Shown here: positions 26,880 through 37,194 of the stretch, in pieces | Layout of the letters: every line of letters starts with the position of its first letter | Position numbering within the stretch: the first letter of the stretch is position 1 | Sequence record: SRR31156797_7071 | Reading direction: 5' to 3' (one strand) | DNA length: 57,896 bases | The notes under the pieces: generated by a model | Told to the model about the DNA's origin: nothing | What the model saw: only the letters and a program-made list of their open reading frames with translations | The model's database searches: none | Made by a program: the position numbers and the translations under genes

Positions 26880-27304
26880 TGCATAAAGGAAGACGCGGTT
26901 TCACACTTATTGAGATGCTGGTGGTTATCGTGATTATCGGCGTGCTTGCAGCCATTGTGGCCCCAAGATTTTTCGGTAAAACCGACGAAGCCAAGGTTGC
27001 GGCGGCCAAAGCACAGATTGAGGATTTTTCCATGGCCTTGCAAAGCTATCAGTTGGACACAGGGGATTTTCCCACTACTCAGCAGGGCCTCAATGCATTG
27101 GTGGTGAAACCCACCACGCCGCCGGTTCCGGAGAACTGGCATGGTCCGTACATGAGCAAGAACACCATTCCAAAGGATCCGTGGAATAATCCGTACGTGT
27201 ACACCGCTCCCGGTAAGCACAGCCCGGATTTTGACCTGCTCAGTTACGGCAAGGACGGTAAGCCCGGAGGAACAGGTGATAACGCGGACATCACCAACTA
27301 CTGA
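26879..27304 (+). CDS. gspG: T2SS major pseudopilin GspG
   Basis: G|FTLIEMLVVIVIIGVLAAIVAPR; YQLDTGDFPTTQQGL; WHGPY; KDPWNNPYVY; SYGKDG. Confidence 0.96.
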   Translation: MHKGRRGFTLIEMLVVIVIIGVLAAIVAPRFFGKTDEAKVAAAKAQIEDFSMALQSYQLDTGDFPTTQQGLNALVVKPTTPPVPENWHGPYMSKNTIPKDPWNNPYVYTAPGKHSPDFDLLSYGKDGKPGGTGDNADITNY

Positions 27305-27863
27305 TCAAGGAGGTTTCACTCTTCTGGAATTGCTGGTGGCGATTACAATTGGATCGGTCGTTCTGACAGCGGTTTATTCGATTTTCGTCACAGCCACACG
27401 GGTGGAAAGGGGGGCACAGGCGGTACTCTCACCCATGCGGTCAGCTTCCTACGTCTTTAGCATGCTCGGCAGGGATGTCCACAATCTTGACCCGCTGTGC
27501 TCGGCTGCGGATATCAGTTGTAAGGATACTAAATGTCAGTTCCCCATTTTGGACGAAAAGGGAAAACGGATTTGGGTGCGTTATGTTCTGAAGGATAGCA
27601 TTCTTTGGAGGGAGCAGCGCAAGGATAAAAAGGGGAAGCCGGAAAAAGGAAAACCCATCGCAAAGATGGAACTTTGTTCCGGGGTGGTTAAAACCCGTTT
27701 CAAGCTCACTGGCAGGGGGCATGGCGGAGGGGGGAGTGCAGGGACCATTGCCGGTCCGGGAATGATCGGATTGGTTCTGGATTTTAAGGAAGGAGTTTCG
27801 CGACGGAGTGTTTTTCGGTCCCAGATTTTATTGGAAGTAACACCGCAGCAGAAGGCAGGCTGA
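27276..27863 (+). CDS. gspJ: T2SS minor pseudopilin GspJ
   Basis: G|FTLLELLVAITI. Probable start GTG 27276, with GGAGG at 27266-27270 inside the gspG 3' end. Confidence 0.8.
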   Translation: MITRTSPTTDQGGFTLLELLVAITIGSVVLTAVYSIFVTATRVERGAQAVLSPMRSASYVFSMLGRDVHNLDPLCSAADISCKDTKCQFPILDEKGKRIWVRYVLKDSILWREQRKDKKGKPEKGKPIAKMELCSGVVKTRFKLTGRGHGGGGSAGTIAGPGMIGLVLDFKEGVSRRSVFRSQILLEVTPQQKAG

Positions 27864-27867
27864 AAGG

Positions 27868-28890
27868 ATGCTTAAGAATGTGACCAGCCAAACGCAGGTT
27901 TTGGGTCAACAGGGATTTGCCCTGGTGATAACGCTGTGGGTCATGGCCATTCTGGGGATCATGGCGGCTTCGTTCTCTTATGAGGCTGTATGCGAAACAA
28001 AAGTGGAAAGCTGGAGCAGTCAGGATCGTCGGGCGTACAATCTGGCGCGTGGCGGTGTTCACAGGGCGGCAGGTATTATCAGAGAACATGCCCGCGACCC
28101 CGTACACAGCATTACAGATAAGTGGTTTTCCGGGAATGAATTTTACAAGGATATCAAGTTCGGTCCGGGATATTATTCCATTGTCCGTCCTGATTCGGGA
28201 GATATTAAAAAAGATAAAACAGGTAAGGACTCAAAGAAAAGCAAGAGAACGGAGTTATTGCAGTATGGCCTTACTGATGAGGAATCGCGTCTGAACATCA
28301 ATATTGCCACCATGTCCCAGTTGCAGGGGTTCCCTAATGTATCCAATGTGCTGGCTTCGAATATCATCCTTTATCGGACCAAGAAACGGGGCAAGAAGAG
28401 CAAAGAAGTTCCTCCGTCAGTGGCAATGGCTAAGGGGGTGGTCGACGGGCCGATTCGTAGTCTGGACGAATTGCTGCAAGTGAAGGGAATGACTCGTGAT
28501 ATACTGTATGGCCCTTCAGGCAGTGATAGCGGGATTGCCTATCATCTGACCTGTTTCTCCTCAGGCAAGGTGAACATCAATACTGCCGGGAAAGAAGTGC
28601 TCCATGCCGTAGGATTTACTACCGGACAGGTTCAGAGCTTGCTTGCTTACCGTCTTTCCGGCTGGAAGGGATTTGCGTCGGTGGATGCCGCTCTCAGCTC
28701 CTTGGCGGTGGCTTCGCAGAGTTCACATGTGGAACCGTTTTTAACCGTGCAGTCTAAAAATTTCAGCATGACCTGTCTGGCCGGGTTTGTTCCGGGCAAG
28801 CATGTTGAGCGTATTACAGCCAGGGTCAGTGTAGATAAGGACCAATTACGTTTTACCCGCTGGGAATCCAAATCCCTGCCGCGAATATGA
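27868..28890 (+). CDS. gspK: T2SS minor pseudopilin GspK
   Basis: G|FALVITLW (no E5); DEESRLNIN; SLDELLQVKGM; GKVNINTA. Confidence 0.9.
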   Translation: MLKNVTSQTQVLGQQGFALVITLWVMAILGIMAASFSYEAVCETKVESWSSQDRRAYNLARGGVHRAAGIIREHARDPVHSITDKWFSGNEFYKDIKFGPGYYSIVRPDSGDIKKDKTGKDSKKSKRTELLQYGLTDEESRLNINIATMSQLQGFPNVSNVLASNIILYRTKKRGKKSKEVPPSVAMAKGVVDGPIRSLDELLQVKGMTRDILYGPSGSDSGIAYHLTCFSSGKVNINTAGKEVLHAVGFTTGQVQSLLAYRLSGWKGFASVDAALSSLAVASQSSHVEPFLTVQSKNFSMTCLAGFVPGKHVERITARVSVDKDQLRFTRWESKSLPRI

Positions 28891-28903
28891 ACGGGGTTGT
28901 TCT

Positions 28904-30250
28904 ATGAATTTAAAGAAGTTGTGCAAAAGAATTCCTCTCCCCTGTCCCTTGGGGAAGAAATCCCGGACAGCCTTGGTGTTTGACGTGCAGGGCAGTTGCG
29001 CAGCTTCGCTTGAATATTCTCCCAAGGAAAAACAGTGGCGTCCCTTATCGCAATTACCCGCAAAGGAGAATCCTCGTTCCTGCACCATGGTGCTTCCATC
29101 GGCCATGCTTGCTTTGTGCCGTACTCCTAATCCAGCCAAGGAGCCAAAGGATGCAGTAGCAACTCTGGAGGCTGAAGCTGGTCAGCGTTTGTTCCGTTCT
29201 CTTGAGACTGGGGGCAGAGAGATCCGCAGTTACAACGGTGAAAAAGGGTTGAACGCAACTCTCGGTTGGATTTCCAACGAGTATCTTCATGAATGCCTGG
29301 AAACAGCAAAGAATATAGGGTTTCAAGTCACAGCCATTGTTGTACCTGAATTAGATCTGAAGGTTTCCGGACCTACTCTGCTCGTGTCCCGCGAAAACGG
29401 GAAAACCCGTTTATGCTGCATTTACAAGAATGTTCCCGTGATTTGGGAGGTGGTGCCGGATGAGGGACCATCTTTGGAAAGTGCACTGGGTGTGGTTCTC
29501 GCGGAGCTTGAGGCAGAAGAAAAGCCGAGGCCGGAAAAGGTGGTTCTTTGGATTTCTCCCGGCGGGTCCGGGGAACTGGATGCTATTACAGAGGTGATTG
29601 AAAAAGGGCTGCCCGGGATTCCGGTGGAGAATGTCCGTTCCCATGAAGATTTTTTGCCTCTGCTGCGTATGAGCCGCTTAAAAGGTTCATTTTATGAAAG
29701 TCTTGAAGAGTGGGAGCGCATTCCCCTTGCACCTAGAGATTATTTGCGTCCGGGGCTGGCGCTTGCGGGAGCTATTGCAGGTTGCCTGTTGCTTTTCTTT
29801 TCCGTGATCCATTTGAACACTCAGGATGCTAAGGTTCTTAAACAGGAAGCGCACAAGATTTTGTTTCTGGCTAAACGTACGGATCTGGTGACAATGGAGA
29901 TTAGGGAATATGTCCGCCGTAATAGAGATATTCTTAAATACACAGTGAAGAAACCCTTTGTTTCTCATGTGTTCCGTGATCTTGGGGATTCGGTTCCGGC
30001 TCAAGTTAAATTGGATAACATGCGGCTTGATCAATCCGGTAAGATTACTCTGCAAGGGGAGGCGAAAAGTGAAATCAGTCTGATGGCCTTGCTGGAGAAT
30101 TTGAGCAGCACAGAGATTTTTTCCAATGCCGTACTCGCTTCCATGAGCAAGCTGGATCATGGTCAGGGATTCCGTTTTGTGGTGGAGCTTGATTTTCCGG
30201 CTTGGCAAAGTTTTTTCAAACCCAAGAAGAAGCAGGGGGAAACGCAATGA
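28904..30250 (+). CDS. gspL: T2SS GspL/PilN-like assembly platform protein
   Basis: Large cytoplasmic N-domain, single TM, C-terminal PilN-like ferredoxin fold (VPAQVKLDNM..ITLQGEA..LENL..FSNA); follows gspK. Confidence 0.72.
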   Translation: MNLKKLCKRIPLPCPLGKKSRTALVFDVQGSCAASLEYSPKEKQWRPLSQLPAKENPRSCTMVLPSAMLALCRTPNPAKEPKDAVATLEAEAGQRLFRSLETGGREIRSYNGEKGLNATLGWISNEYLHECLETAKNIGFQVTAIVVPELDLKVSGPTLLVSRENGKTRLCCIYKNVPVIWEVVPDEGPSLESALGVVLAELEAEEKPRPEKVVLWISPGGSGELDAITEVIEKGLPGIPVENVRSHEDFLPLLRMSRLKGSFYESLEEWERIPLAPRDYLRPGLALAGAIAGCLLLFFSVIHLNTQDAKVLKQEAHKILFLAKRTDLVTMEIREYVRRNRDILKYTVKKPFVSHVFRDLGDSVPAQVKLDNMRLDQSGKITLQGEAKSEISLMALLENLSSTEIFSNAVLASMSKLDHGQGFRFVVELDFPAWQSFFKPKKKQGETQ

Positions 30251-31794
30251 ATGCTCTGCTTGCATCTTGGAACAAACTCGATCCGCGTGACCGCCGTGCT
30301 TTAGGTCTATGCGTTGTCTTCTTGGTTTCCGTGGTGCTTTACATGGGCATTCTGGCTCCTCTTGGAAACATGTATGAAGCCACGGTTCAGGAGCAGGTAG
30401 ATTTGAAACAGGAAATCCAGCTCAACACGCCTAAAGCTATGGTTTTACCTGACCGTGAAGCAAAATTGCGTCAGGTTAAGGGGGAATATGGATCTCTCAA
30501 ACGCCAGTTGGATCTAGTGGACCGCAGGGATTGGAGTGCTTCGGATATTTATAATGAAATCCGGGATTATGCGTCTATCACCGGGGTTGTTATCAAAGAA
30601 ATGCGCCCGTTGTCGCAAAAACCGAATGGTTTTTTGAGCAGTCAGCCCATGGATGTTACCTTTAGCGGTTCTTTTACAGCCATTGAGAAATTTATTTATT
30701 ATTTGGAGACCTCTCCTCAGGTTTTTGTTGTTTCGGAAATCTCATTGACGGGCAAGAGTGGTACCATGCATGGCGGTTTGGTGGTCAGTAAATATTCTAT
30801 TCCTGCCAAAGCTGACTCCAGGATGCCGGAACATGCAGTTAGTCTTGTGCTCTCCATGCCGCCATGGATCGGATATGCTCCTTTTGAAATCGCCCGTCAC
30901 AAGGGGTGGCTCCATGCAAACGGGACGCGCATCGAGTGCTATTTTTCAGAGCATGAAAAAACTAATTTTGAAAAATTATATGCCGGAGAAATTGACGGTA
31001 CTGCCACTCACGCTCTGGAACTTGTCCAGCTGCTGACCAGAGGAGTGGACCTGCGCATAGTGGCTCCCTTAGCGCAATTCAAGGCCGGGGATGCTCTGAT
31101 GGTGGCCGGGAATTCAGCTATCAAATCCGTGAAAAATCTGCGCGGGAAAACCGTTTTTCTGGAAACAGGCGGAACAGCCCATTATTTTCTGTATGAAGTT
31201 CTAAAAAAGAACGGCATGTCGCTCTCGGATGTTACAGTGAGTGATATGTCTCGTGACATCGTGGCTCAAAGCTTGAGAGCGGGACTTATTGAGGCGGGGG
31301 TCACCTTTGAGCCGTATGTGGGGCGATTGCAGAGGCAGCGCATCGCCAGATTGGTGGCAGGTCCGGAGGATGTGGATAATTGGAGTCTCCAGTTTTTGGT
31401 CCTGCGTGAAGATGCTTTGCCCGGCAATGGAAAAGCGGTTGAAGCCCTCATAAGCGGTTTTGCGCGTGCAGTGCACTGGTGGCGAAATAACCCTGATGAG
31501 GCCGTGCAGTTTCTGAGTGCCAACAACCCGCAAGGGGTTTCGCAGGAGACCATCAAGAAGGTTATGAAGAGTGTCCGGTTTCTTACTCCTGAAAAGGCGC
31601 GGGCTTATTTCTGCACCGAGCCGGAAGTGGACAACTCCATGGATGAGTATTTCAGGAAATATGAGAATTTTTTTAAGCAGGAGCTCGGATATAAAGTGGT
31701 TGTTCCCAAGGCAGATGTCCTTGACTGGCGATATGCCCGCAAGGTGTACAATTGCACCGCGCATGCAAACTCCACGAACGGAGTAGGGGACTGA
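30247..31794 (+). CDS. GspM/PilO domain fused to an SsuA/TauA/NMT1-like periplasmic solute-binding domain
   Basis: N-terminal WNKLDPRDRRAL, TM, coiled coil and PilO-like PMDVTFSGSF..FIYYLE; C-terminal WIGYAPFEIA, IKSVKNLRGKTV, AGLIEAGVTFEPY. Start ATG 30247 overlaps the gspL stop. Confidence 0.82.
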   Translation: MNALLASWNKLDPRDRRALGLCVVFLVSVVLYMGILAPLGNMYEATVQEQVDLKQEIQLNTPKAMVLPDREAKLRQVKGEYGSLKRQLDLVDRRDWSASDIYNEIRDYASITGVVIKEMRPLSQKPNGFLSSQPMDVTFSGSFTAIEKFIYYLETSPQVFVVSEISLTGKSGTMHGGLVVSKYSIPAKADSRMPEHAVSLVLSMPPWIGYAPFEIARHKGWLHANGTRIECYFSEHEKTNFEKLYAGEIDGTATHALELVQLLTRGVDLRIVAPLAQFKAGDALMVAGNSAIKSVKNLRGKTVFLETGGTAHYFLYEVLKKNGMSLSDVTVSDMSRDIVAQSLRAGLIEAGVTFEPYVGRLQRQRIARLVAGPEDVDNWSLQFLVLREDALPGNGKAVEALISGFARAVHWWRNNPDEAVQFLSANNPQGVSQETIKKVMKSVRFLTPEKARAYFCTEPEVDNSMDEYFRKYENFFKQELGYKVVVPKADVLDWRYARKVYNCTAHANSTNGVGD

Positions 31795-31797
31795 GCC

Positions 31798-32676
31798 ATG
31801 GGCATGGAAAAATATTTACATAAAACTGTGGCGGACGCTTTTTCCCGGTTGGCATTAATTGTCGCGGCTCTGACTTTGCTCGGCGCGCTGGTGATTCTTG
31901 CCCTGCCCGAGCCGCAGCCCAGAGCGGTGAATTATGTGGATGCCACGCGCGATCTCCCTCCGCCTAATCCGCTGACTTATCCCTATTATTCTTTTTTTAC
32001 CACCAAGCGTCGCCATATATTTAAGTACGGGCAGCTTAATCTGGTCCATCGCTCCTACAAACGCACGGCCCCGGCTCTGCCTCCCGGACCGGATGTATCC
32101 GGTCTCTCACTTATGGCGACTATGCCGGGTGCACGCAAGTCCTATGCAATCATCAGTGGAATTAATGGAGGGGCAAGTACTCTGGTTACCCTTGGGCAGA
32201 TGGTCAGGGAGAGCATACTTGTGGAAATTGCTTCCAATCATGTGACTTTGGCCCGAAATGATCAGAATGTCACACTGCCAATGAATACGGCCTGGGATGC
32301 GCAGGCTGATAGTCTGCTGAGTGAGTCCGGGATTACTAAGAGAGCCGGGACTTCCTATGCGCTTGCAGTACCTTCCGATGCTGATGTCAAAGGCGGCAAA
32401 GTAAGTATTAAGGGGTTGGGGGTGAACCTCAGTCCGCTGACTGAAATTGAGCGCAAAGATATGGGAATCCCCTCAGGGCGTGGGCTGAAAGTGGCCCGCG
32501 TGGTGCACAAGGATACCGGGCTGCTGCGGGGGGATTTGCTTCTGGCTGTGTCCGGCAGGCCCGTTGGCTCAATAGCGCAGGTCAGCGAGATATTAAAAAG
32601 TAAAATTGGCAAGGACGTGTTTCTGACAATTATTCGTAACGGAAAACCCATGAATGTGAACATGACGGTTCCCTGA
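31798..32676 (+). CDS. gspC: T2SS GspC-like protein (TM, HR domain, PDZ)
   Basis: One TM; LSLMAT...YAII...LVEIASNHVTL HR-like domain; C-terminal PDZ (GLLRGDLLLAVSG, IIRNGK); lies before gspD. Confidence 0.7.
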   Translation: MGMEKYLHKTVADAFSRLALIVAALTLLGALVILALPEPQPRAVNYVDATRDLPPPNPLTYPYYSFFTTKRRHIFKYGQLNLVHRSYKRTAPALPPGPDVSGLSLMATMPGARKSYAIISGINGGASTLVTLGQMVRESILVEIASNHVTLARNDQNVTLPMNTAWDAQADSLLSESGITKRAGTSYALAVPSDADVKGGKVSIKGLGVNLSPLTEIERKDMGIPSGRGLKVARVVHKDTGLLRGDLLLAVSGRPVGSIAQVSEILKSKIGKDVFLTIIRNGKPMNVNMTVP

Positions 32677-32731
32677 TTTTCAGGAAGAGCGAATAGGCTC
32701 ACATTTAGGAAAATATAAGACGAGAGAGTTC

Positions 32732-34336
32732 ATGATGAGACTTGCCCACTGCATACGATTGTTTGTCATTCTGGTAATGTGCTGCTCCGTTCCCTTAACA
32801 GGGGGCGTGGTAGGAACGGCCCATGCTGTGCCAAAAGGAAAAAATCTTATCGAAATAAACTTCCGGCAGACGGACATTATGGCTGTGCTGGAATTCTACT
32901 CGCATCTCATGGGCAAGACATTTATTCCGAATCCTGAACTCAAAGGTCCGGTGACGGTTATTTCACCGAAACCGGTGACTAGATTTGAAGCCCTTCGTTT
33001 GTTGTATTCCGTACTTGATATGAAAGGCTACACCCTAGTGCAGCAGAGCGGTTATTATAAGATAGTTTCTAAAAGTATGGCTGTGCATGAAGGGCTGAAT
33101 GTTGATTCCATCACTGTCGGTGGTGATCAGATGGTTACGGAAGTTATTATGCTCAAGTATCTGAAAGCAGCTGACGTGATAGCTGACTTTCGGCAGATTC
33201 TTTCTCCTGAAGGGTCTATTTTTTCAGGAAAGTCTAATAATTACATTGTGTTTACGGATACTGCCGCCAATGTGAACAAGATTAAGGAGTTGATCAGCCA
33301 CATAGATAAGCCCGGCTCACTGCCGTCCTCCAAGACTTATTCCCTACAGTACATTGAGGCCAAGACCGTGGCCCCGATGCTGACCAAGCTCTATACGGAA
33401 AAGGTGGGCAAAACTAATCAGGCTACTATTCAGATTCTTGCCATGGAGGAAACCAATTCCCTGATCGTGCTGGCCCCGGAAACCGTGCATGCGGACATTG
33501 CCAAAATCATATCTAAGCTTGATGTTCGCACCATGCAGGTCTCCATTAAGGCCTATCTTGTGGAGGTAACTCTGACAGATGAAACCAAGCTTGGTTTTGA
33601 GTGGATGTTCTCTACTAATGCGGACGGCACAGATCTTAAAGGTGCTTTGGATTTCGGCCATATATTCGATCCCAGCGGAATAACCAATGCAGCGCAGGAA
33701 GCCCTTAAATTTTCCATTATCAACTCTGATAATTTTAAGATGATGATGAACTTCTTTGCCTCGGACGATAGTTCGAGAGTGGTTTCTGCGCCGCATATTG
33801 TGGCTTTGGATAACCAGAAGGCTAGCATTGCCGTGGGGACTGAGATTCCCATTCTTAAATTGACTCAGACTTCTGTGACTTCCCAGCAGAATGTGATCAA
33901 GACATATGACCACCGTAAATTCGGCATGCAGTTGAATATTACCCCCACCATTGCGGAAAATCGTGATGTGACTCTCAAGATTGATCAGACCCTGTCGAGT
34001 CTGGTCACCGACGAGACTGACCCGGACAAGTGGCAGTCCACGGACCGTGCGGCTTCAACAACTGTGCTGGTCAAGGATGCCCAGACCCTTGTTATCGGTG
34101 GCCTTATGACTGTTAATAGTGGGCTGAACAAGAAAGGTGCTCCCTATTTGCGTGACATGCCCGTACTCGGGCCCTTGTTCGGTACTCAGGATGACTCTAT
34201 GACTAAGTCGGAGCTCTTGTTATTTCTGACTCCATACGTAATCGCCACACCGGATGAAGCTGATAATATGAGCGGACTGCGCAAGGCTCAGAGTCCCATG
34301 ACTGTGGACGAATTCGGCTTGATTTTCGATCTTTAG
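32732..34336 (+). CDS. gspD: T2SS secretin GspD
   Basis: INFRQTDI N0 domain; N-domain repeats; LD..QVSIKAYLVEV; APHIVALDNQKASIAVG; LVIGGL; ELLLFLTPYVI. Confidence 0.95.
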   Translation: MMRLAHCIRLFVILVMCCSVPLTGGVVGTAHAVPKGKNLIEINFRQTDIMAVLEFYSHLMGKTFIPNPELKGPVTVISPKPVTRFEALRLLYSVLDMKGYTLVQQSGYYKIVSKSMAVHEGLNVDSITVGGDQMVTEVIMLKYLKAADVIADFRQILSPEGSIFSGKSNNYIVFTDTAANVNKIKELISHIDKPGSLPSSKTYSLQYIEAKTVAPMLTKLYTEKVGKTNQATIQILAMEETNSLIVLAPETVHADIAKIISKLDVRTMQVSIKAYLVEVTLTDETKLGFEWMFSTNADGTDLKGALDFGHIFDPSGITNAAQEALKFSIINSDNFKMMMNFFASDDSSRVVSAPHIVALDNQKASIAVGTEIPILKLTQTSVTSQQNVIKTYDHRKFGMQLNITPTIAENRDVTLKIDQTLSSLVTDETDPDKWQSTDRAASTTVLVKDAQTLVIGGLMTVNSGLNKKGAPYLRDMPVLGPLFGTQDDSMTKSELLLFLTPYVIATPDEADNMSGLRKAQSPMTVDEFGLIFDL

Positions 34337-34350
34337 CCCCGGAAAGCACC

Positions 34351-35943
34351 ATGCAGGAAAATGAAATTAAACTCCTTCCGGCTACATTGTATGACCTTTC
34401 CTCCCCTGACAGGGCCAGAGGATGGTGGCAGCGGATAAGGCAGGACGGTGAGTCAGAACAGGAGGCGCTCATGCGTACTGCGGAGTTGCTTGGTCTCGAA
34501 TGGATGGAACTGGATAAGACTTATCTTGCCGAGCCGGGAGTGGTGCAGCTTGTGCCGGAAAGTTTTGCAAAGAACCATCTGCTGCTGCCTTTGGCAAAGG
34601 AGCAGGACGGAGTATTCCGGGTGGCAGTTGCCACGCCGTTTTTGGGTACTTCCGTTTCTGAAATGGAACAGGCCTTGGACATGACCGTGCACATGGTCCT
34701 CGCACCGGCGGATAATCTTGTTGACGCTTTGGAACGGGCTTATTCCGGTGAGGGCATGGAAGGAGTCTTTACCAGTCTGGATGATGACCTTGATTCCTTG
34801 GACGATGTGGAGGACTTGCGTGATATGGCGCAGGCCGCACCTGTGATCCGGCTGGTTAACAATGCCTTTCGAGATGCCATTGCTCAGGGGGCCTCGGATA
34901 TTCACATTTCACCCTATGAAGACGGTCTGGAAATACGTTTTCGGGTGGATGGCATTCTGCATGTGGTCAATACCGTGCCCAGAAAGTATCAGGCGGCCAT
35001 TATTTCCCGGATCAAGATTATGTCCAATTTGGACATTGCCGAGCGTCGTATTCCACAGGACGGCCGCATCCGTTTGAAGATGGAGCAGTCTGATTATGAT
35101 ATCCGTGTGGCATCAACACCGACTGTCTTTGGCGAAGGCGTGGTTATGCGTATTCTGGACAAGTCTTCCATCAAGGTGGATATCGCGGACGTGGGCTTTG
35201 AACCGGATATGCTCGAGATGTGGAAAAAACTCGTTCATCGGCCTCACGGTGCAATACTCGTGACCGGGCCGACCGGGTCCGGGAAAACCACCACGCTCTA
35301 TGCCTCATTGAATTACATTAAGTCCCCGGAATTAAAAATTATCACCACAGAAGATCCGGTAGAATACCAACTGCGTGGTATAGACCAAATTCAGGTCAAT
35401 CCCAAAGTAGGCCTGACTTTTGCGGCAGCTCTCAGGAGCATCCTGCGTCAGGATCCGGACGTGATTATGGTCGGGGAAATTCGTGATTTAGAAACTGCTG
35501 AAATTGCTATCCAATCTTCCTTGACCGGTCATCTCGTGCTTTCCACCCTGCATACCAATGATGCCCCCACAGCCATTACCCGTCTTGTGGAGATGGGTAT
35601 AGCTCCCTACCTTGCCGCCCCAACTCTGGCTGGAGCAATGGCCCAGCGACTTTTGCGCAGGCTGTGTACCAACTGCAAAAAGCAGGGTCCGGACGGTAAA
35701 TGGCAGGCCGTGGGCTGCGAGGTTTGCGATGGCTCAGGTTACAAGGGCAGGCTCGGAATATTCGAGTTGCTGATTAATACATCAGCGATCCAGACGCTTA
35801 TTCAGAATGGGGCCAGTGCTGCTGAAATTGGAGCCAAGGCACAGCAGGAAGGTATGCGCACACTGCTTCAGGATGGTCTTGCCAAGGCGGAAAGAGGGCT
35901 GACCACGGAAGAAGAAGTATATCGGATGGCTCAGGATAATTAA
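34351..35943 (+). CDS. gspE: T2SS assembly ATPase GspE
   Basis: ASDIHI, LDIAERRIPQDGR, GPTGSGKTTT, EDPVEY, LRQDPDVIMVGEIRD, STLHTN and two CxxC. Confidence 0.96.
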   Translation: MQENEIKLLPATLYDLSSPDRARGWWQRIRQDGESEQEALMRTAELLGLEWMELDKTYLAEPGVVQLVPESFAKNHLLLPLAKEQDGVFRVAVATPFLGTSVSEMEQALDMTVHMVLAPADNLVDALERAYSGEGMEGVFTSLDDDLDSLDDVEDLRDMAQAAPVIRLVNNAFRDAIAQGASDIHISPYEDGLEIRFRVDGILHVVNTVPRKYQAAIISRIKIMSNLDIAERRIPQDGRIRLKMEQSDYDIRVASTPTVFGEGVVMRILDKSSIKVDIADVGFEPDMLEMWKKLVHRPHGAILVTGPTGSGKTTTLYASLNYIKSPELKIITTEDPVEYQLRGIDQIQVNPKVGLTFAAALRSILRQDPDVIMVGEIRDLETAEIAIQSSLTGHLVLSTLHTNDAPTAITRLVEMGIAPYLAAPTLAGAMAQRLLRRLCTNCKKQGPDGKWQAVGCEVCDGSGYKGRLGIFELLINTSAIQTLIQNGASAAEIGAKAQQEGMRTLLQDGLAKAERGLTTEEEVYRMAQDN

Positions 35944-35967
35944 GCAAATTTGGCAACTGGAGCACCC

Positions 35968-37194
35968 ATGGCAAAGTTTACTTATACGGCTCTCAAAGAC
36001 GGTCAGCAGCTTTCCGGCGAGATGGAGGCTGCTGATGCCACTGCTGTGCAGCGCGATCTTTCCGGGCAGGGAATCAGGGTGCTGCGGGTGGTACGTAAGG
36101 ATAGCGGGCCGGGTGAAGAAAGTAGGGGTAAGGGAAAGAGTCAGTCCCTTTTCAGTAAACGTATCAGCTACAAGCAGGTAACGTCTTTTACCCGCCAGTT
36201 TGCCACATTGCTGGGGTCCAGCCTTCCTCTGGTGCGGGCGCTTTCATTCCTGCATGACCAGAACGCAAGCACTATGTTAGGAGAGGTCATAGGTACCATA
36301 AATTCCCGGGTACGTGAGGGTATGCCTTTGTCGCGGGCTTTGTCCGAGTACCCCAAATATTTCGATACCCTCTATGTTTCTCTGGTGGCGGCAGGTGAGA
36401 CTGGCGGTATGTTGGATCAGGCCATGGATCGGCTGGCCTTCATGCGCGAGGCTCAGGAGGATCTGCGTTCCAAGGTTTCCGGGGCTATGATTTATCCGGC
36501 GATCATGTTTATTGCCATGGTGGGGGCGATTATTACCATGATGTTGCTTGTAGTTCCAAGGTTCGCCCAAATGTTTTCCAGCATGGGCCAGAAACTGCCC
36601 ATTGCCACCCGATTGCTCATCGATATTTCGGACACATTGCAGCAGACATGGTGGCTGTTGCCGCTGTTTCTGCTCATCGCTGTCCCGACATGGAAAAAGA
36701 TTGGCTCCACCCCCGGCGGACGTATGCAGATTGATAGCGCTAAATTACAGATTCCGGCTTTGGGACCGATTGTTATTCAGGTTAGCATGGCCCGCTGGTG
36801 TCGTACTCTGGGAACTTTGATCGGTTCTGGTGTTCCACTTCTGACCGCGCTGCAATCAAGTGCTGGAGTTACCGGAAATGTGACTGTGGCAAAAGTAGTG
36901 GATAAAGCCACCGCTGAGGTCCGCGAGGGCAGCAAGCTGGCAACCCCGCTCAAGGAGAGCGGCATCATCCCGCCGTACGTTACTGAGATGATTTCCATGG
37001 GCGAGGAATCTGGTTCTCTGGATACCATGCTCGGAAAAATAGCAGAACACTACGAACGTGAAGTGGACCAGTTGGTCAAGAACCTCACTTCGCTTCTTGA
37101 ACCCGTAATGATTTTAGTCATGGGCGCGGTTGTCGGATTTATCGTAATGGCAATATTGCTTCCGGTATTTCAGATGCAGCTTATGGCGGGATGA
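35968..37194 (+). CDS. gspF: T2SS inner-membrane platform protein GspF
   Basis: FTRQFATLL, AGETGG, AMIYP, GEESGSL, LLEPVMIL; start ATG 35968. Confidence 0.95.
   Translation: MAKFTYTALKDGQQLSGEMEAADATAVQRDLSGQGIRVLRVVRKDSGPGEESRGKGKSQSLFSKRISYKQVTSFTRQFATLLGSSLPLVRALSFLHDQNASTMLGEVIGTINSRVREGMPLSRALSEYPKYFDTLYVSLVAAGETGGMLDQAMDRLAFMREAQEDLRSKVSGAMIYPAIMFIAMVGAIITMMLLVVPRFAQMFSSMGQKLPIATRLLIDISDTLQQTWWLLPLFLLIAVPTWKKIGSTPGGRMQIDSAKLQIPALGPIVIQVSMARWCRTLGTLIGSGVPLLTALQSSAGVTGNVTVAKVVDKATAEVREGSKLATPLKESGIIPPYVTEMISMGEESGSLDTMLGKIAEHYEREVDQLVKNLTSLLEPVMILVMGAVVGFIVMAILLPVFQMQLMAG

Noticed and set aside
27231-27304. Frameshift or pseudogene at gspG/gspJ (no ATG directly before the gspJ prepilin motif)
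   Set aside because: An in-frame GTG at 27276 with GGAGG gives a normal short leader, so an overlap explains it.
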